DNA of 63,717 bases, the filler included, from Collodictyon triciliatum (lineage: Eukaryota), in the NCBI GenBank assembly GCA_043381765.1. It is 4 parts of 4 records of this genome, joined end to end, with 100 filler letters (N's around TTAATTAATTAA, not from the genome) between each part and the next. Parts side by side here need not be neighbours in the genome. Positions count along the whole stretch, not along the records: positions 53,205 to 63,717 come from JBHJMP010001519.1; 3 more parts are not named here. One strand, 5' to 3'. Position numbers and translations under genes: made by a program. Below, one piece after another: positions 54,128 to 63,717 of the stretch. Within the stretch, counting starts at the first letter, position 1. Every line of letters starts with the position of its first letter. Under the pieces are notes generated by a model. It ran no database searches. It had not been told where the DNA came from and worked only from the letters and a program-made list of their open reading frames with translations.

Positions 54128-57100
54128 GGAGCATCATTGAGTATTTTAAAGGGGTTACTTTTCTCAATATATCGTACCTTTTGATTTATATGTCAGTGGA
54201 AATTAAAAAAAGTTAAAATTCAAAAACATGAAATGTGTACTCACATCACCGGGTCCGTTAAATACTTCCTCCGGTTCCTGTATTAATAGCAAAATGAATG
54301 CAAATACATTCTTAATATATGAAAATAAAAGTCAAAAGTGCGAGCATTTTTATATAGTTTTCTACGGTTATTGATGCAAGGCGGGCACGCCTAACAATAT
54401 CGCGCCAATTGAAGCGCCCAGTTCCTTTCTCGTGTGTTCCATCAGAACTATCAATAGGTTTTCCATTCTCATCCACTGCCGCGTGACCACCAGAGCCGTC
54501 CTTGTGCCTCAAACCAAATAACATAGGCCTAGCAGATCCGGATACTGCAAATGTTCCTAACTTGCGGTCAATTGGAACATCTTTGGGAAGATGTTGCTCC
54601 AAAAATCGCTGCAAGTCTTCTCCGTCTAATGGTAACCTTTCGCATTTAATATATTCATCTAAGGAGCTGAATGCGCATATTATTGTTTACGAAAAAAGAA
54701 ATACATGTATATCCACAAGCAGGGCAGCACCCGTAGAATTCAGAAAGCTTCGAATCAGAGGTTCCAATTCCTTGCAAATATTTCACAGATGAATTGATAA
54801 ATAAACGTGCCAGGTTGGAATAGCGTAGGACACGTTAAGATGATTGAAAAGGGAGGTAAATGTGAGAGAGGGGTATCATTCCATACAATCAATGGGTGCT
54901 AACAGAATAACACACACAAAAATAAAATTATAATAACAAAATACACAAGACCAAATATTCACTTTTAAATTTTAGGGCATTCACAAACATATACAACACA
55001 AGTAAATACGAGTAGACATACAACACCAAAAGAATAAAAAAAAAAAATTTAAAAGACAACAAAATCACAATTACAGTTACTCACCTTTAGAGTTCATATC
55101 ATCAATCTATTAATATTAATAATATCATTATTATTGCAGAGTAGTCTCAATTTACTTCTTTGCTCATGAGAAGTAATACAGATACAAGTTTATTTCTTTT
55201 CAAAAAAAGCGAAACGAAATCGATATAATTTAGATCAATCAGGTACCTCTTCGTCATACCAATTAGAACGCGGCGTGTTTTTTCTCATTCTTGTCAAAAG
55301 AACGGGAATGATATAATCAGTGTTTTCATTTTCGAATGCCTCACGAATAGCTTCCTCCGTTTCAAACTCCAATCCCGGAACCATCATATATGGGGTGTCA
55401 GGGATAAGGTCGTCGTCATATTGGCATGAAATTGTGTCTGTGTCTATTTGTTTGATCGGGGTGGTGTTGAGTTAGTATATGACTCAGATTACAATGAATT
55501 AAAGTATTTGGGTAAATGATTGCATTAAAAGAAGTATTAACATTAAATGCAAGATGAAAATATTTATAGACAACTATATAAATAAAATTTCATAAATATA
55601 CAAATTATTTTACCAAATACAGCCATGATTTCTTGTTCCTTGTATTCATATTCGTGCTGTGTTTGATCATCGACACTAGTAAGAATCGGTGTCTGAGATG
55701 ATTTCACTTCCGTTCTTATCCATGTCTGCGTTCCTTGGTTGAATGTTAATGTTGAGCCCTTGGGAATTTCGGCATCGTAGTCACCTCGAAGTTCGTTTAT
55801 AGTAGAAGCTCGGTCCTTGTGTTTGTATCGTAAGGATAGGGAATTCTGAAAATTATTGCTCATTTTGCAGATATAAAAAAAATTCATATTTGAATAACAA
55901 ACCAAAAAGTAGTTCACATCAGCACCGTACAAGTCAGGGTCTGAATGATTCCTGACTAGCCTTCTTCTACCCCCTTGAACTATCTATAAAGACATAATAT
56001 TGTCAAAAAAAGTCGAAAAAAGGCGAAATTACAGTAAATACTAAAGAAAAAGTAAATCTAAGGTTTCAAAAAATCATATAAAACTGAACGTATTCCACTG
56101 TACCATTTTTCCATATAGAAAGTGCCCTTTCTTAGCCCCTCTGCCAGTGATTATTTCTTCAATGTTAATATCATCCGTTTGAGCCTGCAGGCGAAAAAAT
56201 CAAAATTATATATTGAATTTTAGGGGGCGTATTGCTTTGTGTGTTTGTTTGTTTGTTTGTTTGTTTGTTTGTTTGTTTGTTTGTTTGTTTGTTTGTTTTA
56301 AAAAAATCGTTTCTCTACCTCACTATCTCGAGGCCACTGTGCAAGAACCTTAGCAGTATATGAGAATATGTTTTGAAGAAATTAGAAAATAATAAACTTT
56401 GCTTGGAGAGGGAAAAGTGGGAGGATGGACTTCAAAATGACCTCGTACCCTGTCTGGATCATCAATACCGAGCTCCTCAGCCAAAATTGATGATGATACC
56501 ATGGTCTCTTGATCACAAATTGAAGTTGTGTTGCATTGCACCCCAGATGATCGCAACGCGAAGATAGTTCCTTTCTAATATTCATGAGAAATCATTCCTT
56601 TTTAGATTTGCATGATATTTGTGGCCTTGCAATTCTCGCGGTTACATACCTTGATGCCATCCACATAATTAATCCAATGCGAGACACATCTTTCAAGCAA
56701 CTTTCGTTGCTTTTGTCTATATTCATTCGTGAGGTAGATTTGAGATATATGAGCAATAATGCGTGAATATTTGATGTTTCTTCCGTATATAAAAAACAGT
56801 ACCTTTTATGAATCTTGGCCACTTTAGAACCATGCAGAAAAAGTGCATCCATGGAATTTTCTTCATTAGCTAACATCTAGAGAGAAACGTAAACAGCCTC
56901 AACAAGAAGGCTCAAATATGCACAATATGACACAAAAAAGTTTTCGGAGAATTGGAAAAAACAAAATAAAGGAACAAATATATATTAAACCAACATCAAT
57001 AGTAGCCTTCTGCGCAGCTGCGGTAGCCTCAGCAATTACTCTTGTTATTTCTTCCTGTCTAATCTTCTCTTCAATCTACATTCAATCGTGTAATATAGTG

Positions 57101-57181
57101 GATAACTGCTAATTGATAATGATAATGATAATGATAATCATAATGATAATGATAATGATAATGATAATGATAATGATAATG

Positions 57182-57213
<32 letters not shown>

Positions 57214-60200
57214 GATGATGATAATAATAATAAAATGCCTATAGTCCTTTGAATGACAAAATATAACACTTGTGTGCGTTTAATATCTTTCAGAAGGGTA
57301 GCATAGATAGACATACCTTTTGCTGTTCTTCTTCTTTTTTCTTCAGTTCGTTCATAGATTTGATTGTTTCTTCGGCCTCTAGGCTACAGGAATTTCGAAA
57401 AAAAAATTGGAATAAAAAATGTGGTACCACACTCGAAGGCAGGGATTTGGTTATTCCAATTATGTTTCTATTCAATTGGAATATATCATAATGAAGAGTA
57501 CCGCTTTTTCTTCATCTCTTCCACTTCATCACTACATGCGAAGTTGTGATATTAAAGAAAAACTAGGCCTTATTTTTAAATGAATGAAATGGCTCTGAAT
57601 CTGAATCATCAGTATTATAATTTCTGTTGAATAAATTACGCAAAAGGACAGAAAAAAAACCTGGTTAAAACAACAGAATTATCCACATTATATTCAGAGA
57701 GAACTTGCTCAAGTTGATCTAAATTTTGGTGGGTTGAGTTAATCTAATTTTTGAATGAGATATATCAAACATCACCAAAATATTACATTTTGAAATTAAA
57801 CCTTATATTCATCAAGAAGTAATGCGATAATTACCTTTTGCAATTTGTGTATCAATCAGCATTTGTTCCAGCTCTTTTTTTTCCTCAGTTACCCTTTCCA
57901 AGTCGGATTCACGTTCTTTTGATGTTTCCATCAGGTCCTTTATAGAAAATTGACCTTAATCTTTTTTGTTTTAATTTCGAAATAAGACTATCATGAATAA
58001 AAAAAAAAAAAAAGGGATTAATACAATATCTTAACATAGATTGGAAAAAAACTTGAAGCTTTCTTTCGATTTCCTCTATGGCCATTTCCGCCTCCAGCTC
58101 ACATCTTTATTTTAAATGAAGTTTCAAATAAACCAGATTGTATAGTTTAATGCATTTTAATTGACTTCTGAATGTCCACCGTGAGTATTTTTCATTCAAT
58201 TTTGTACATTACTTACTTTCTTTTTTCAGAAACAATTTTATCTTCACAGCCCTTAACTTAAAAAAAGAAAAGAAAAGGATATTACGTTTCATATTCTGAC
58301 GTAAAGAAAAGACAATACTATACTACCATGCTAGTATAGTTGAAAACTTTTATTTCTAAAAGATCTATGGGTTATATATGTAACTATATAAATGTATATA
58401 TGAGCTAATCCATACCAATTTCCTTCTCTCTTTTTTGCATAAATTCCAACTGCGTCTTGAAAGCAACTTGTTTTTTTAAAGCATCCATTTCTCTTTTTCT
58501 TTGCAGATTTTCTAGAAATTGAACTTCATCTTTCTTTTGTTCAAGTTGCATCACCAAATTTTCCAGCTGTTTTTCAAGTCTAGATGCCGTGAATTATGCA
58601 TGCCATATTAATGTAATTTCAAAAAAGAAAATATAGCATGCATCTTTCATAACGTAATTATGGACTCACGATGAATTCATTTTTTCAAGTTCAATGATTC
58701 TTCTGTTCACTACGGGATAAATAAGAAAAAAAAATTATATAGCTGCAAAGTCTGTAAATAAAATTTCGTCGACTCATGAAATCCAAAAGTTGATTACAGT
58801 TAACAGATTCTCCAATGAGGGTTTGATTTTCATTCAGCAACCGAGAACACAGATGTTTTTGTATATTCCAGATATCCTTCATGAGATGCCCTCTTTCCAG
58901 ACATTGAACGGAAACCTAAATTACAAATGAAGTCACTTCACAGAAATTTCAAATGAGTTTATGTAATTTTTAAAATTGTTTGAATATATTGTGACTTTTT
59001 TTTTTTAACCAGGTAGAGATTGGTAAAGTACTTGGCGAACAATCTCATCAAGAGTCCTTGTGAGCAGATTATCCAAATCCGATGAATTTTCTAAATTAAA
59101 AAATAAAATCGTTGGAATTTTATAAAGATATATATGATGCCAACATAGAAAGTTCAATCAAGATATATAAATATAAACCTTGTCCTTCAACTCCCTTTCT
59201 CAATTTGTTGTGTTTTTGTTCGAACCATTGTCGAAGAAGAATTGCTTCAGATCTGCCAGTAGGTCTTCGTGAAGGAAATACCCTCAGATAACGATTTCCG
59301 TCGTCTTAATAATTGGGGAAATTTTTTGAGGGAGATGGAGAAAAAAAAAAAAGAAGAAGAGACTTTTCAAAGTGTGTATTTGGCACAAATGGAATAATCA
59401 AATAGAAATATGTATTATATTGAAAGGATTTGATTTCATTTTACCTCCGATAAATGTATCTGCAATATCAACATCGCCTAAGGTGTCTACCTTCTCATAT
59501 ATAAAGTCCTCTTCGGGAATGGTAGATGGGCCAATGTCACAAAGTGCATCTCGGTCTGCAACCAAATAAGAGACGTCCTAAATATGAGAAAAGTAAAGCA
59601 GATTTTATTCATTTATTTAGAATATTCCTTTTATTAAATAATGAACACTTTTTCAGTCAATAATTTATCTATGAATTATTAAAAAGAAATTTTAAAACAA
59701 GGAATTCTATACGGTTATTAAATATGATAAAATACATACCCGGGAGGATGGGCGATATGAATGTGGAAGGAATGTTCCAGTTGGGGGGCTTGTAGAACAC
59801 AGCGTGCCTTTCGAATGAGAAAGAGACATTGAGCCTATAAATGAAAATGTGAGTGACAAACCGTAACAACTTTTTGTGTGGTTGAATTATGATACATTTT
59901 TCCACTATCAACGAAGATATTATGTTTTCTTATTGTTTATATTATAAATACTCCTTAATGTCATGGATACATATATTAATAATTACTGTGGGTTGGAGAG
60001 CCTTTTCTCCATCGTTCACCGCTTGATGATGTTCTCATGGACTCTGCTGATTGTGCACGAGTGGCATATGCGGCAGCGTTCGCTTGGGATAAGAATGATG
60101 CCTCTACGTTACGTAGAATTATACGTCAAATCCAAATCACCTGTTTCAGAAAAGGATAAAATATTCTCTATGTTCAACTTCAGATCACTTTTTTTTTCTC

Positions 60201-61045
60201 GTGTTTTGGGAGAAAAGTTAGATAAAGGTACTTATTTTCTTCTTTTCCCTGGTATCATTAATTGTCTGCTTCATTTGTTTTGAAGGTGCAGATATTATAT
60301 CCAATGGTTCTACAAAATTCGTTTGCTCAGTGACATATTCTTGACGCATGAATTATATTTTTGATATATTCCTATTTTATTTAGTCTAATATCTTCATAA
60401 AAAAATATGTTATAATGTTGTAATGCAGTGTTGATTGATAAGGAATTAAGTCGGCAGTAATGTATTTGTTGTTTAATCAGGACTGTAATATCACTTTTTG
60501 ATTGATTGTCTTACTCGGTGGTTCCATTCCGATAAACTCTTCGATAAGAATATCTAGGTTCTGTTAGTTTAGAAGAATATTCTAACTGCGAGTATATACC
60601 ACTTTTTATGAAATGAATAGCCAGTAAGTTCCATCTGAAATTATTAATCAGACCAGATTCATTCTCATACGTGTAGTCACCCACGAGTTTGTTCTGAATC
60701 TCACTTGAAATCAAAGGGATTTCATGAGGAGGAGATTTGCTGACTTCAACTGCTATACCATCATACGAGATAAATAATTAAGTGAAATGTGTAGAAATAT
60801 GAAAGTAAGGAGGTATAGAAGTAAATAAGTAAATGAAAGAAATTACGGGAAGTATCTTCCTGCTGTTCGATTATTGCAGTAACAGCTTTCTTTTGTGGAC
60901 GGAAGTGTATCGGGCTTGCAGGGTGATAAGTCGCTGGTATTCCACCTCGGATAGATGGGAGCATTTTCGAACCCTTTTGATGTGTTGATCCTATTGGGCT
61001 GTGTAAAGAAGAGAAATGTATCGTTCCTTTAGAAATGAGAGACAT
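53309..61045 (-). CDS. Axonemal dynein light chain (p28-like) domain-containing coiled-coil protein, AXDND1-like; 3' end truncated at contig edge
   Basis: LRVFPSRRPTGRSEAILLRQWF…TLDEIVRQVSVQCLERGHLMKDIW resembles the p28 motif FDELIRQVTxxCxERGxLL, followed by a long coiled coil. Last visible exon SDPTIAMTPAAQFVYDYLTQRYGLKAIAQK. About 30 GT-AG exons; ATG at 61045. Confidence 0.65.
57114..57232. repeat. (GATAAT)n microsatellite, intronic
   Basis: Direct reading. Confidence 0.9.
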
Positions 61046-61526
61046 TCCCTCGAAATTAATAACCAGTTTTTTTGTTTATCTGTTCAATGGTGACAAGGCA
61101 TCAAATAATCGTCTTTCACCAAGAAGAAAACAGCGAGGACAGACTCAAACACCCAACGAGTATATAAATTATTTGTGTTTTAAACTGAATAGTTGGTATG
61201 TATAATTGCAGGTAAAGCTCTGTGAAGCAATAAAATAACTTGTTGAAGCACCAAAAAAAATATTATGATGATATTCTATTTATCTAATCACATATAATAT
61301 AATATCTTGTTATAAAATAAGATAAAAACACCCCCTCCTTTAATGATAAAGTATCCAAAAGAGGGATGGGCGGTTTATATATAAAGCGAATACATGAAGC
61401 AGAGGAAACCCGACAAACAAAGGCTATCAAATCAAAGACGGCATCCCATCATCTTGTAACAATTGAAAGGAATAATAATGATAATAATGATAATGATGAT
61501 AATAGTAATAGTAATAATAAAAAAAT

Positions 61527-61591
61527 AATAGTAATAGTAATAGTAATAGTAATAGTAATAGTAATAGTAATAGTAATAGTAATAGTAATAG
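61527..61591. repeat. (ATAGTA)n microsatellite between tgt and the AXDND1-like start
   Basis: Direct reading. Confidence 0.9.
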
Positions 61592-62055
61592 TGATAATAA
61601 CTAGGTAAAAAAAGGTAGCAAAAAAGGAAACTTGCGAACCCTCAATGGCATCACGCAAAAGAGACGAGTATCATATGTATGATCAAACCTTCGATCGAGA
61701 CCCGAGTGAGACCGCGTAGGCGGTGGCGTACCAGAGAGATTCATCGGCGGATGCGGCTTCGTCCCGATCGGAGATGTCAAAAGGCGTTACTTGCTGTTTG
61801 GCGAGTGATAGTCGCCCGTGCCGAAAACTCTTTCCCACAGCCGGGATTAAGTAACCGCTTCAGTACCGTACATAAAATACGAAATCAGCAGCAGGAGTCT
61901 CGTTGGCTGGGCTCTGGTCTCTGCGTCTTAAGTCTGTGTGTCTCAAAGCCAACCTCCAATCTTCTTTTCCTCGTTTCTTTATTGGGTTCAGGCGCACATA
62001 TGAGAAAAGCATGATGCTTGCAAAACGAACAATAACAGCCCCAGCGACTTGCAGA

Positions 62056-63558
62056 TTAGATCTCGTCATTAAGGATTTTGTCTCGGTATGATTTCATCAG
62101 ATCGAGCATGTATTGGATGTTGTGGATGGCTGAAAGGGTGGTGAAGAGCGGTTCGTGGGCTTTGTAGAGGTGATGCAGATATGCTATAGGAAATCGCACA
62201 ACCACTCAGAGAGAAGAAAAAGGAACAACGAACCAAATAGAAATGAAAATATAGGCATAGTAGAGATATATATTTACGTGATGGATTGTAGATATTTATT
62301 TCATACTCATAACAAATCATGTGAATGTATCATGTGAATATATATGAATCTTTTCTCACCTTTGGTATGATTGCGGCAGGTGTGGCAGACGCATTTATCA
62401 TCCAGCGGTGTGAAATCCGTGGCGTAAATAGCTTTTTTGATGGTCAGGTTCCCATTTCTTTAGGGCAAGTTCACAAAGTTTGAGAGTGTACACCGAGAAT
62501 CAGAAAAGTGAAATCACAATGTGCAACACCGAAATATTGCAGGGAAACCATATTGGTATGACAACATAGGTGAAACCAATAAACTTGTTCCTTTCCTCTT
62601 TATTCTTTTAAAAAAATCAAAAAAAATCATACCTCGTCATTAAAGTCCCGTGACGGGCTACCCGAGTCGGGTAGCATGAGTCAAACGAATCAATGCCAAG
62701 TGGAATCGATGAAATAATGTTTGCGGGGTCGGCAATTCCTTTGTTTAGACGAGTTATGGAACTGTTGTTATTAAAATTCATTCAAATCGTATTTCTGTCG
62801 GTAGTGCAAATTAATACCAAGAAGATGGTTAGGCTTGTCCTCCGGGACGCGGGGCATCATATAATGGAGAAGCTTATTCAAATCCTCGCGATCTTTTCCT
62901 AGACTTCCTCCTGTACAAATAGTAACATAATGATATTAATATAATGAATACATTTGTAAAATGCAGGCAAACCATATTCAATACATACGAAAAAATTGAA
63001 ATTGTGTGCACATGTATTAGACTTATATAAGAGTATGATGCAGAAGCAACAGAGAAAGAAGGAAAAAGGCATATACATCAGTCAAAAATACCTATCGCAA
63101 ATCCATCAAACGGAAGGCTGCTCAAGTAGTCAATACTAAGTTGTCTTAAGGGGAAATTCATTCCGCCATGTAGAACACAGTACATAGCTTGCTTATTGGG
63201 ATTTTTCTTGTGTTCAGCCAGGGAGCGAGTCTGCCACCTTTGTTCGGGATTTACTTGATTGTAAATAATAATGTGTTGATACTACATTATAATATGTATG
63301 AAATATGAAAACCTGTGAGTTCGGTGCAAGGAGCTTAGCAGGCGCTCATCTTCGATATGGTATGGTAAAAGCTCATCCAGGGGGATGATGATGTCTGAGC
63401 CAAGAGACTTTTGGGTTTGCTGATAAAGATATTATTAAAAATCAGCGAACGTTACGTTGTGTCACGCAATATGACTGCGCAATTTTCATACATTTATTTT
63501 TATAACCATAATAATTACCACGGATATTTCAGGTGTTAGTAAAATCTTGCGGCCGTCT
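62056..63558 (-). CDS. tgt: Queuine tRNA-ribosyltransferase (tRNA-guanine transglycosylase), Chlamydia-type; 5' part beyond the window
   Basis: Seven spliced exons give DGRKILLTPEISVQTQKSLGSDIIIPLDELLPYH…QAMYCVLHGG…LPFDGFAIGGSLGK…KPNHLLGIAD…GIDSFDSCYPTRVARHG…CVCHTC…AYLHHLYKAHEP…AIHN…ILNDEI*. The catalytic Asp and zinc ligands are present. Confidence 0.92.
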
Positions 63559-63565
63559 CTGTAAC

Positions 63566-63566
<1 letters not shown>

Positions 63567-63662
<96 letters not shown>

Positions 63663-63685
63663 CATTATTATTATCATTATTATTA

Positions 63686-63717
<32 letters not shown>
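63567..63717. repeat. (ATT)n microsatellite in a tgt intron at the window end
   Basis: Direct reading. Confidence 0.95.

Overview
AT-rich, very intron-rich nuclear DNA from a probably flagellated microbial eukaryote, using the standard genetic code. The window is not one locus. It holds four contigs joined by identical 100-nt spacers (44N-TTAATTAATTAA-44N) and apparently sorted by length (>=17,645; 17,639; 17,620 bp). Hand-splicing gives ten genes. Contig 1: an ADCY10-like soluble adenylyl cyclase (cyclase-NTPase-TPR), RNA polymerase subunit RPB10 (absent from the ORF track) and an N-acylated protein with two RPEL motifs. Contig 2: the 3' end of RPB2, KATNAL2, an ERGIC-53/VIP36-like lectin and a PRELI-TM-DEP-DUF547 fusion. 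Contig 3: an EML5/6-like triple-TAPE protein with an N-terminal coiled coil. Contig 4: an axonemal dynein light-chain-domain coiled-coil protein and a Chlamydia-type queuine tRNA-ribosyltransferase with spliceosomal introns. The strongest findings are two candidate AT-AC minor-spliceosome (U12-type) introns with a relaxed 5' splice site (ATATCC-AT/GA), one of which is needed to keep the reading frame; the chlamydial-type tgt (probable ancient HGT); unusual domain architectures; and an Arg-to-His change at a catalytic position of the cyclase. All family assignments come from motif recognition by eye; no database searches were run.
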